64,000 nucleotides of DNA from the human T2T-CHM13v2.0 reference genome, Homo sapiens. A program made the translations under genes and the position numbers. How positions within the stretch are numbered: position 1 is the first letter of the stretch; the number at the start of each line of letters is the position of its first letter. Positions 11,880-24,399 of this stretch are shown piece after piece. The notes under the pieces were generated by a model. The model searched no databases and was not told the origin of the DNA. It was given only the letters and a program-made list of their open reading frames with translations. The stretch is from the NCBI RefSeq assembly GCF_009914755.1, contig NC_060933.1. The stretch is one strand, 5' to 3'.

Positions 11880-12905
11880 CACTGTGTGGTGGACAAACGT
11901 AATTACTCAGGTGGACATATATTATTTCATTTGCCTGAGCAGTAGTATCCTTATTCTGGGATATTCGCTTTCTAATCATGTGGCTTTGGTGGAGAATTGC
12001 CCTCCATGATACATTTCTAACAATATTCATAACACATCATCTGTACCTGAAGGTGATAGTCCATTTACCTAATAGACTGGTCTAGGGGTGAGCAAATAAC
12101 CCAAGTAGGGCTAATCAGAGTCTTTCTCAGAAATTTCAGTTTGGATTTTAAAATGAAAAATGCTGTCTTCACCTGAACATAGCTGTTAGACGTGGGAAAT
12201 GGCAATGGTAGTGTCACACAATCATATAGGGGAGTCAAACATGTACACGCAGCTTTAATAGATGTGATTTATAATGCTAACTATATTTAAATTGCAGATA
12301 TTTGTTGGCTTTGTCAATATCTATTCACTCTTCATGTAGCTATATGTTGTTTTAACTCTGGTATCACCAATCCTTCACAACCCCCTATGCCAAATGTCTA
12401 CTCTTTTTAGAGTTGATTTCACTCTAGTATGGAAAGAAATAAACTAGGCCTGAGAGGCACCACATTTTATTTTCTGTTGACATGATCCATTTAGAGGTAG
12501 GCATATGAAGCAACCCATGAAGCACACAGAGGCTTTTTTTGTTTGCGTTCCTGGGAGGGAAACAGAAATTTTCTCTGCCTGTCTTGGCTTTATAATGTAA
12601 GGCTGGATTGTTGTAACCAACTTGTGACTGTAAGAAAAACATTCATAATTTTTACAGACTTCCATGTGGAACCTAAAAATGAAACCAGGTTTGTAGAAGG
12701 CAGCCAGAAATGAACAGGAAACGAGCCTGAACGAGCCCTTAATATGTGGTGATGGGTAAAATTGAATATACCCATGAATTTTCAGGTTCCTAAGCTAGTG
12801 AGCTCCCGACTCACTGCCGACTCTCTTTCTCTCTCTCTTTCTTTTACTTTGAATGAAATTTTCTCTCACTAACAAAATAAAATTGTAAGAATCCTTACTG
12901 ATATG
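11880..12905 (+). mobile_element. Very old ERVL-MaLR LTR relics (MLT1K/L-like), probably two pieces
   Basis: GACTGGTCTAGGGGTGAGCAAATAACCCAAGTAGGGCTAATCAGAGTC and a terminal AAGAATCCTTACTGATAT; highly diverged. Confidence 0.4.
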
Positions 12906-14559
12906 GCAATAACTGTCCTGCATTCTTATATGAGTATTTCATAACATGGTAAGAGATACTCTAATATGTAGAGCAATCTGAAGAGAAGTGACATTGTAAC
13001 AAAATATTTTGGGCTTGGCATACATGCTGGTCTCCTCAATCTGTCTTATCTGAAGTGTATTCTGTCAGCTTTTATTTCATAACTTGAATATAGCCTTAAC
13101 TTGTCTTCAACCTAAAAACATATACCCTGCCCATGGCTTGCTGAACTTATTACAATTGATATCACTTCCTTTCTTCTTTTAAATTCTTTTCCCAATTTTC
13201 TTATCCACATAATACCTTGGACATATGGGCACCATCAAGTAGTCTGATTGACATTAACCATTGGCCCTCTAGGCATTCTGAAGCCTTTCATAGTTATAGA
13301 AAATAGTTGCTTGCATCCTAGAAGTGACAGGTAGAAGAATAAATCCTGGGTTGTTAGGGAAACTGTACAAAGGATTGAAAACACGTTGCTCTATATCCAG
13401 AGCAAGTGAATTATCTCCAGAGAAGTGTTCTTGACAGCGATGAATCAAATAAATGGTTTGCCTTCCTGAAGTCAGAGAAAAAAAAGATTCTTAAAAATAA
13501 CATGAACCTACTATTTAGTTGGATAAATAACAAAAAATACTGTCTCTTCTCCCTTAATTCTGTTTTTAACAATGAGAATATGATTCAATTTATATAGCTC
13601 TTCGGACTTGAGTTTGTAAAATGCAGATAAATTCATGAAATTAGAATATAACATTAAAAGCATACTTTCATTTATAAATTGACTGTCTCAGACTAAAAAC
13701 TAAAACCCTGACTGGATATGATATTAGGAATAGACTCTTACTCTCTCTTCTTAATTCATGCCACCCCCAATCTGCACCCCATTCTGTTTAGGACTTTGAG
13801 TTTTCTATTTCCATAATTACGTTGGAAGTTTGAGGCTTCAGAAACAAAAGTTGTTTTCAACCATTCCTCTGGAAAATTTACTGGAATGCCTATCAACAAA
13901 AATAATATAAAAATTTATTTAGAGAGGTACTGTATTATCTAGTGATTGCTCAAATTCAAAACTACATTTTATCATTTGATGCATGAAAATTGATTAAAGA
14001 GTTTCTTTGTTATGAGGTTATAATTCCTTCTGATAAAATCTACCAAAATATACAAGCATTGATCAATAAAAGGAAATTGATTAAAACAAGTCTTTGCATT
14101 ATGCAAATACTTCCATCTTCAGAACTATATTTTCTGAGTATTGCATGAGAATTTGAGACAAATAGGATAAATTATGTCCTTGGGAAAAATAAATAAACTA
14201 TAACTTTTTGTTTCTTGGGTTGAGACAATTATCAAATATATGATCCTCAATTTATAATGCAACACTCAAAATTCAAGTGAATAGTTCAGGGAATAGTACA
14301 CGAGTTTCCAAAAAATAGCTTTATAAATGTTCTGATTAAAACTTAAAGAATGTGTTCCTGTTATTACTTTAAAATGTATAAAAGCATATCCAAATTATAT
14401 TTACATATTTTTTATTTTAACAGGATTATTTTTTACCATTTAAAATTTTATGTAATTATTAAGCTTTCTATTTTTAATAAGACATAATCTTCAAAAAATG
14501 GAAGCACTTAAAAAAATGTGAACCCCTAACATACCTTTATGAAATGAAGATTGTCAGTA

Positions 14560-16330
14560 TATTCTTCACAAATTATTCTAATCTAAATTAAATGTAAAAC
14601 AATGAGTATAATTTCAGATTACATTATGTATGTAATATATATTATCTGACAGTTTTCTATTAGACATATACATATATTTCTCCTTTTACGTTTCATCACT
14701 ATATAATAAATGTTCTGTCCTATCGGCACACAGACATATAAATCTTTGTTTTAATATACTGCATGTTTCATATAAAAGATGTATTAAATTATTTAGCTAG
14801 CGTTTTCCTTGATTTTTTTTCTTTGCTCAAATAAACATATACTTGTGCCTACCTATATCTGTAGGGGATTGATACCAGAGTCCTCTTTAATACCAAAAGT
14901 CACCCACACTCAAATTCTGCAGTTGGCCTGTGGAACTCAAGTATACAAAAATCAGCCATTGGTTTCTATGAGTTTTGCATCCCCAAATACTGTATTTTCC
15001 ATTCGTGTTTAGTTGCAGATGGGAAACCCACAGATGCAAAACTGGGTGTATCTGCATATAAGTGGGTCTGCATATTTCAACCTGTGTTGTTCAAGAGTCA
15101 ACTGTATTTGTAAATATAAACATTAATAATTCCATGTCTATTGAGTAGGCTCTTAAAAGGTGAATGTACATTCATTGAGTAGGCATTGAAAAAGTGTCTC
15201 CTGAAGGGCTACTCCAATACATATTCTCTTGAACTTGGGGTTAAATAGTCATATCATCGCCAAATCATAAATTTTCGTCTCTTTTTAAACATTTATTTAT
15301 CTTAATCTATTTTTTTCTTACCATATTTGTTATGGTAAGGACATTTTAATGTTATACTAGTGATTTCAGTTTTTCATAATTTTAATGGTCATGTTTTTAA
15401 GAGTTTCTGTAAGTATCAATATCAAATATCCATATAAAACATCATGTTTAATATTAATTTCTAAAAGATATATTTTTATCATGATAAGTTTCCCTTTAAT
15501 TTTATATTCATAAGTGTTTCATTATTTACTCAGGAATTGATATTGAATTTATCAAATATCTTTTCATATCTAAGGAGATTTCATTCATCTTTTAATGTAG
15601 TGAATCACATAAGTCATTTTCCACATCTTGATAATTTTTTCAATCTTATATTAACACTTTCTAAATCACACCACAAAATTCTTTTAATATAATTCTGTAT
15701 TAAATTACCCATATTTTATTTAGAATATTATTTTATGGTTATATGTAAGTTTGGTGTAGAGTACCCTGTCATGTGTAATATTTTCCTAGATTGTATGTTA
15801 GAATTATAGTAATCTTATGTAATAAACAAATGTTTTTTGTCTGCTCTAGACATTTAAAATCAGAGAAATCATCTCTAGTTTAAAGGTTTGGCAGAAGTCT
15901 CAGTACCATGTGAGCCTATTATTTAGAATCTTAAAATCTATTTCTATTTCAAGTTTTCTAAGCCTTCCTAATTAAATATTCTATATCTCTCTGGAATATT
16001 TTATTTAATCTGATTTTTCAAATTATTAGTATATAATACCATATAAATTTTTTCTGCTTTTAGGTTATACATGCACTTTGTTTAACCTAATGTTGACCTT
16101 GTTGGTTTCTCTATATTTTTTCTTGATAAGATTTGGCATAAGTTTGTCTATTTTTTTCCAAAAACAGTTACCATGTACTTTTCAAACTAACTTATTTTAC
16201 TATTTAATAGCTTCTATTTTTATTTATTTGTTTATTTATTTATTTGCATTCTTTTGAATTACTTGTTAACCAAAGTTTATAAGTGTTGAAATTCAGTTGA
16301 TTTCTCCTGACATTCTTGTTATTTTAGGCC
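14560..16330 (-). mobile_element. Ancient L1M (L1ME-like) 3' UTR and ORF2 relic, interrupted by a MITE
   Basis: GAATTGATATTGAATTTATCAAATATCTTTTC and TTTAAAGGTTTGGCAGAAGTCTCAGTACCATGTGAGCCT resemble antisense L1 RT sequence; T-rich strand bias. Confidence 0.55.
14842..15104. mobile_element. MER8/MER2B-like TcMar-Tigger MITE
   Basis: Ends TTCAACCTGTGTTGTTCAAGAGTCAACTG; TA dinucleotide on both flanks. Confidence 0.8.
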
Positions 16331-16530
16331 TAGAATGAAAGATTCACAAAAATATTTCCCACAGTATTGTTTTCTTCTCTCCTCTATGTAATTTAGAAAC
16401 GACTATAGTTTCTAAAATATTATTTTAATACTCACACTTTGGAGTCAAGATAAAAAAGTTCTAGAGCGATTTGCGTGAAAGCTTTTCTTTTACCCTAATA
16501 GAGCACATGTGATTCACTTAACTTGTTAAT

Positions 16531-16851
16531 TGCTATAGTTTGAGGCAGCTACTCCGGAATTCAGGTGTTGTCAATGTAACAGTATTTAGAGTTGGAGTTT
16601 CCAAGGTGGTTAGGTTCTGAAGGCTTCCCTCTCATTAAGGACCTTATAAAAGAGGCTTCATGCAGCGTAAAGCTAGCTTGCTCTTCTATGCTTGTGTCAG
16701 GTGATGGTGCAGCAAGAAGCTCCTCATTAAATGCTAGTGCTTTGATCTTGGACTTCCCAGCGTCCAGAAAGGTAAGAAAATAAAATTTTGTTCTTTATTA
16801 TTTGCTCAATCTGTGATATCTTGTAATAGCAGCATAACATGGACTAAGACA
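16531..16851 (+). mobile_element. Solo MaLR LTR (MSTD/MLT1A-like)
   Basis: TGCTATAGTTTG...TGATCTTGGACTTCCCAGCGTCCAGAA...GGACTAAGACA. Confidence 0.85.
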
Positions 16852-17334
16852 TAAGGCAACCCCACCAAAGGAATAACAACAAAGCCTTAGACATTAATGG
16901 CACCGTGGTTTATAACCAGTGCCTGAATAGAGGTATCCTGTTTAATGTCAAAACCTACAAAAGAAGGTTCAGAGGCAGAGAGAACTAAAACTAACGTAAC
17001 AGTGTGTGTTTCTTCTTCACATACATTCTCCAATGTCTTTTGTTTTGTTGTTGTATTTTAGCATATCTACATCCTTCTTCTTTGGAAAGAATATTTAAGG
17101 TTGTTATTTCTTTAATCCTACTGACCACATTGCACAGTGTTTGTTTTCCTAATTTTATATGATTGGAAATTTAGACTCAAAATTGTTTCAGTAACTGACT
17201 CAAGTCAGTCACTACATATGAGAGGGCCAAGATTTACCACCAGGTGATTCTACAAGCCTTAATCTCCACATTAAAATATGTTAACTATTTTTAATTTTAA
17301 AAGTGCTCATTATATTGTATTAGTTTTAATTGTC

Positions 17335-17750
17335 TTTCATGCTAGACTAAGACTAAAATTTTCTAAGGACAGGGCTATGCCTATTTTGTCTATATTATCG
17401 TTATAATCCTCAAGTTTTTCAAGTTACCAAAACAAAGTAGGCGCTAAAAATTATCTTAATTTGAAATACCTTTCTCCTCAAAAATAAGTTTACCTGTAAT
17501 TCATCAAAATTATGCAAAGGTGGAATGATTCATTTCAGCAAATACTTACTCTATGAGCTTGGCATGCAGTATCAAAGTTGAACAAGACTTTTACCTTCAA
17601 ATTATTCACAATCTAGTGACAGAGAGCTGTAACAGCCAACTCTACTAATTATTTTAAGTGCTAAATGATGGCACAAAGACTGTTCTATTATAGATAGAAA
17701 TAGAGAGAAATTAATTTATAGGAGAATAACGTGCAAAGAAACTATTGTTT
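17335..17750. mobile_element. Two L2 3' end fragments (plus ~17335-17460, minus ~17520-17750)
   Basis: CTAGACT..AAATTTTCTAAGGACAGGGCTATGCC..AGTAGGCGCTAAAAA and ATTCATTTCAGCAAATACTTACT..TTCACAATCTAGTG. Confidence 0.5.
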
Positions 17751-18597
17751 GATGTACTTCTCTTTTCCCATATTCTTAATCCTGCCTGTTTAATGCTCAC
17801 CCTCAGGTAGGTTACAGGAAATCTTTTAAAAAATACGTAATAATAAAAACTACTTCCACAACCCCTGCAATAGCATCAGTAATAATTACTTTTCTGTGTA
17901 TAATATTAACACTTTGATAAGGAAAATAGGTGAGTCTTCTTGATCTGAGAGAAGATATTTGAACTGTTTCACGTACAAGTAACTTTTGTTAATGGGAAGA
18001 TCAAATAATTATCTCATGAATAGTTATCAAAAAAATAGGAAGAAACAACTCAGAGATGGCCAAGTAACAGTAATACTTAAGTCATTTTAACTTTTTCACT
18101 GTCTTGCCAAATAACCTGTGAAGACCTATGTTAAATAATGAGTTGTTAAGATAAACATTCTGAAGAAGAAAAAGCACATAATAATTTATAATAAGGCTAA
18201 TTTGACCTTAATTTGTGAAAAATAGATTCCTAGAAAGCAAAGGGACATGTCAATCTAAAATTGCCTCCTATATTTCTAATTTATAATAAGTAGAAACTCA
18301 CACCCAAGACTTTCTAATGATGTCATCTAATCTTCTGGGTTTTAAAAAAATCATAACATGAATAGATTGATCTATTCTCCAAAGTGTTTAAGTTTAATTC
18401 TTTAGACCTAACATGTTTTAACGTAAATAACTTTTTCATTTTGTAAAGAGTCAGCATCCTTAAGATAACTTGGGAGCATGATTGCCTGTATATACTACTA
18501 AACAGCTGTTAATAATTATTAAGTATTTTACATTACCTTATTTAAGAATTTGCACATACAAAGCATTTTTACATATACTTTCTCACTAAATTCTTTA

Positions 18598-18686
18598 TTA
18601 TTATTATTATTATTATTATTATTGTTATTATTATTTTAAGTGCAGGATATGCAGGTTTGTTACATAGGTAAATGTGTGCCATGGTT
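18598..18686 (-). mobile_element. Extremely 5'-truncated L1PA 3' end with (TTA)n tail, inside a MIR
   Basis: TGCAGGATATGCAGGTTTGTTACATAGGTAAATGTGTGCCATGG; 11-bp TSD TAAATTCTTTA at 18587-18597 and 18687-18697. Confidence 0.88.
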
Positions 18687-19599
18687 TAAATTCTTTAATG
18701 CTTTAAATTCTTAAGCAGTAAAGCTAAACAAATATTCAGACTTGTTTCATAGATAAAGAATTTAGATATATGTGTTAAGTGAATTGACCAACATCATCAG
18801 CTAAGCACTCAAAGTCACAGACAAGACCCAGAGTCTTCAGAATTCAGGATCAGTTAAAAACAAAAGCAAAGACAAACAACTCTGGCTCAAATGATTATTC
18901 TGATTTCTAATTATTCTTTCATCTTTGATATTATTCTCCATTATTGGATGCTGCTAAAAATTAATAAAAGTCACATTCTGATAATGATCTTCATTCACTA
19001 AAATAACTGCTCTTAAGGTGTACTTTATTTTAAAAGGGAGGGCAATTTTTCTACCTTTTTAGGAAGTGTCACAGGAAGTGTTAAAGCTGTCAAATTTAAG
19101 TCAGCTAAAATAGCCAACCTAGGAAACAGTACATTGCCTGTTAATTGGTACCAACATTGAAAAGTAAAATTAATTCAAAAGATGAGTATTTATTTGTTGT
19201 ACAAGATTGGTAATACACGGATGTAATCTCATTGGATATTTTAGAGTAGGCAGGATTCTCTCTTCTTATTGATTGGTCTAAATGTTACATATTGAAAATA
19301 CAAAGCAAGACTTTTTTTCTCAGTTGAAGTAAAGGAACTGTTGTTTCTAAATTGCTGTATTAGCAAGTATTAAGATACATGATTCGGTCAATTTTTAAAT
19401 GTTTTCTCAGGGTGGTAATAGTGTCTACATAGGCATTATAATTATATATTTTTATAGTTGGGGTACATTAGCAATTAATCAGAGCACTCAGTTCGGTGAA
19501 ATCTGATGCTGTTTTTCTCAGATATTAAAACACCTGAATTACTTTATTATAAACAAAAGAAATATTTTACATGTAACTTCACAGAAAGCAGATTAAGAA

Positions 19600-20480
19600 T
19601 TTAAACTATTAATCTGTGTAACATCAAAGCCTCACTGAGTAGATGTAAGCCAGTGGCCAACTTGGCATAATTGACATTTGCTAATGAGTAGGATAGAATG
19701 CTACTGTGTGTCCAGATAATAAAGTGCCTTTCAGAACGTTCAACGGAACACGTCTCTTTATGCCCGCAGTGGCCTTTGTTCATTCAAAGAGCGTATGCTA
19801 CTGCAGAAGATTTTAATCTAGTTTATTTTGTGAGCTCAGGCGGTGTGATTATTTTCAGAATTGAACTTCACACTTGCCATGAAATTTGCTTTAGTCAGAA
19901 AAAGCCAAAAACAAAGACAAGATGCTTCATGTTGCCTCTTATCTATAGCACAGTTCATTTTAGAAAACATAACTGACCAAATAGTTCACAGGGAAGAGAT
20001 CTTTTGACCCAGCAAAAGCTATAATGGATCCCCTGCCTTTGTGCTTGACCTTGCAGTTGTTTGACAGAGGCGCTTGAGGTTGTGTGACACAAATCGATGA
20101 AAAACTGTACTTGGAAAACAGCATCACAAACCTAACACCGAAATTTTCAATCCACTCTGCTAGCTCGGTCATAAATTAGACCAAATTTATAAAGCATTAT
20201 CACTATATTTTTAAAATGTCTGTCTAAATGTTTTCATTGGTAATTAAGTAGCAATAGAGCATACTAAACAAACATCAAACGTCTGAAAGGCTCTTTTTAG
20301 CAATTTAGTGGTAGCATTTCTAAAGTCTGCTCATGCCAATTGTAGTTATTTCTGACATATTTTAGAAAAAACACATTGATGACTTTGTGCCAAACTTGAT
20401 GCAGTGGTATGAATGTCTGCACCAACTGAAATACACTCATTACTCCAGGGCTCTTGTTTCCCATCAGCAAATGTGAAACA
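19600..20480. promoter_or_regulatory. Candidate conserved non-coding element / enhancer
   Basis: No recognisable repeat; 10 CpGs in ~435 bp; TCF/SOX, ONECUT/CUX and HOX-type motifs. Confidence 0.4.
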
Positions 20481-22598
20481 TTTCTAAAAATAAAAATACC
20501 AGGGAAAAACAGATTATCTAAACATACCTGTCTAAAAGTCAAATTAGTATTTGTCCTATACATTGTCAGATTACTTCTTTTTAAAATTTAAACAGCTCTC
20601 CCTTTTACACACTGCTTCTATTTAAGAATGTCATAATTCCTCCTCTTAATATTTACAGTTTCTTCCGTATTCCAGATCAAACTTCTCTTTTCATGCCATC
20701 TTTCGCTGTTCCCCACATATCCCAGCTACCTACTCCAAACACACTTTGCCCTATCCCTTCACTGACCTTTTGTGTATGCTGATGTCTTTGTTAGAAATAG
20801 CCAAGTAAAAGGTACAACCTGATAATAATATCTTCACAAAAGACCTTCAGTACATCAAAGGGAAATGTATGTGGAGCCATTGTTTCTCTAGGTGTGCCCC
20901 ACGCATTTATCTTGGCCATCCCCATCCTCTTGGAGGAAATGAAAACCCATGTGTATTTTGGAATGAAGTAATTTTTTCATTGCTTTTCTCAGATTCATTA
21001 GGTTTTTAATACCAAAAGGAGATGAAAATAATTTTTAAAAATAAAAATAAATTACTAAATTCCCTGCAGGAAATACTGCCTATCTTTGCCATTTAATTTT
21101 TTATCACACGAAATGGAGGCACAACGCTATCATCTATACTTTGCAATCAAGTGCCAAGTACAGGGTTATGATTCCATTCTAGTTGGAATATTTTCCATTA
21201 TTCAACTTATTTAATAAACTGTCACTTGAAAGGGGGTCTGATAGGCTTTTTCACAATGAATCAAAGAACTGCTCGCTTTCTTCCTTTATTATGCATGCTA
21301 CATTTGAAGCTAATGAAGCGTAGCTTCTGAGCTGATACTTTTATAGATGAAAGAGACATCATGTCACATCTTCTGTTTATTTAATCAGCTACTCATAGCC
21401 AACACAAAACACTTTGATTGCCTTGAACTTTATTTTTGACAGATGATGGACGTTTCTGTTGCTATCTTGCCTAATAGTTTACTACCATATGCATATTTTA
21501 AGATGTTAACCATGAATAAAATTACTAGGAAAAAAATGTACAATAGCAATGGTACATTTAATTGAAGAAAGTGTAGTAGACATAATACTGCTTACAATAT
21601 TTTGCAGATTTTATATACCCTCCCCCTAGAGCAAATACTGCCTTGAAATAGTTAAGTATGACATCATCTAATATTACTTTCATGAAGCTTTTATTATTTA
21701 CTAAAATATCTTCATAATTCATTGAGCTGAAACAACACAATCTTCTATGAAAGTAGAACTTCTTCATTTATAAAAGGCATCAAAAGGAATAATTCATCAC
21801 TAAAGAAATGCTTTCATTGCAATAATACTAGACAGTGTCACTAATTGGCTAACAGTAGTCAATGCAATGTGGGAATAAAATTTCAGGCATAAGCTACATT
21901 TAATCAATGTGGTATAGGAAATAATCTTTGCTATTTACAGAAGTGGTATATGTAATACAAAACATGCTTTTCTATATAATGTTTTGTGGCTTTTTAAAGT
22001 TTAAAAATATTAATGTAGACCATAACTTTTTAAAAATTGGCTTTGCAAATATAATCCCATGGGTATAAAATTATTTTCAAAATAGTGTGGCTTTAACGTT
22101 GTAATAAAAAATACCGCTTTTGCTCATAAGAATAGAAAATAAGTTTTACACACGTGCACTTATACATGTAACTGGACAAATATAGATCTTTCATTTTATA
22201 ACATAATTTTTATATTTATAGTTGATTGCTTGTTTACTCAATAAAACTTACTTGTTGCAAAGTAAGTGTTATATTTGAAAGTGAGGAAAAATATTTGATG
22301 TAGGATTATAGCACACACTAAGGTACTACATACAAATTATTAAAGGGAAATTGCATCATGAGCTATTGCAAAGAAAGCTGATGTGTAAAACCTATGGTAT
22401 GACTGGAGCAACTACTTGGAAAATTTCTCTCTGAGAATGCATAACAAAGTTATTGAAAACATACATAACAAAAGTTATTACAAGTCACTGACAACAAAAT
22501 GAGCAGAGCACAAACATCCCCAATGTACAAAATCTATATATTGACTCTCTTATTAAAGACAACTATCAAGGTTTTTACAGTTAAAATGACTACATAAG

Positions 22599-22905
<307 letters not shown>

Positions 22906-23747
22906 CTACACAAAAACAAAAGTGAGTGAAATGAAAATCTGAAATTTAAACAACAATTAAAAATTGGACTCCCACATATAAGGGAATTGGTGAAGTTCTT
23001 AAATTTGTTTTAAGGAAAATAAAATACAAAAAGTAAAGACTATTTTTCAACAATATGAATGTTATCCATTTCAAGGTTAAAATTAGCGTTCTGTTCTTTC
23101 ATCTCTTCAGCTATGCTAATCAATCTAAGTTGTATAAATCACTGATTCAGGATTCATTGTGGCTAGCTCTGTAGTACACAATCAAATTAATTCTTGGCTT
23201 TTTTTGCATGAAAAGCTAGAAAAGTCCTCAAGAGACCCCTTGGCTCTGGCTTTGCATTAAACTGGTCTGCTCCTAAACATAATGTTGTAAAGTGCACTAC
23301 ATTAGAAATCAGAAGCAGCCTATTTCATGCTTGACTCATCCACTCTGGTCCAGTTTCCTTATTTTAAAAATAGGAGCCACCTATTAAACCACTCTTACAG
23401 CTCCAAAATTTGGTAATTCCAAATCATTCAATGCCACTAATTTATGACTCATTTTTAAAAGTGATGTAAAAGAAGTCCAGAATATTCAATATACAAATGT
23501 ATGTTTTCTCTATATAAGAGTATCATAACAAATAAAGCCTTTTTATCTATAAGCAAACTCTTTTATTGCTGAAACAAGTCCAGTTATTCTCAGTATGATA
23601 TCATATAATTGAAAACATCTACATTTTTATGTTTTCCAAATTGAAAAAAGCTATTGCATGGTCATTCATTAATCTTCACTACAACAATAAATTTTTCTTA
23701 AAAGTTTGGATCAAGCCTCAATTCCAATGTCTTTGTAAAAATCCCTT

Positions 23748-24258
23748 TGATGCAGGGCAGGCAATAACCAAATTAGGGCTTAGCCATGAATGGTTCTTTG
23801 GTTCATCTAGGAAAAAAATTAAGGGTGAGTCGATGGTAGAAGAAAACAGCTTTATTGAAGCAACAGTGTTACTGTTCTGGTGGTGTTACGGCTCAGGCAG
23901 TGTTATAGCTCTGTGCCTGTTCCTTCAGAGCAGGGCTACCCCATAGGCAGTGTGCTGAGAGTAGCAGCTCAGGATAGTTCTGGAGTCATATTTATACCCA
24001 CTTTTGATTACATGCAAAGTAAGGAGCAGGTTATGCAGAAATTTCTGGGGAAAGGGTAGTAACTTCTGGTTCATTGGGTCATTGCCATGGAAAGGGGAAG
24101 TAACTCCCTGCTGTTGCCATGGCAATGGTAAAATGACATGGCACACTGGTGGGTGTGTATTAGGAAAAGCTGCCCTGCCGTGGCCCTATTTTACCTTGTC
24201 CTCAATTTGGTACGGTGTCTGAGCCCTGTCTCCAGAGTCAAGTCCCACCTCCTACTCA
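23748..24258 (-). mobile_element. 3' LTR (MER66A/B-like)
   Basis: Minus strand TGAGTAGGAGGTGGGACTTGACTCTGGAG...CCTGCCCTGCATCA; AATAAA at 23856-23851; PPT GAGGGGAGGA adjacent at 24259-24268. Confidence 0.92.
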
Positions 24259-24399
24259 TCCTCCCCTCAGAGATTGGATATTCTTCTTTAATCTTAAGAA
24301 GGCTGCAGAAGAGCAGAGGTCCATCTTCTGTGACTGTGTCTTTCTGAGTTTATGAGCATAGGCCCTGCCTAGCAACAGAGAAGTAAAAATCTCTAGACA

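Noticed and set aside
19601-20563. Cluster of 60-92 aa ORFs in the unique block
   Set aside because: No recognisable domain or exon structure; better explained as non-coding regulatory DNA
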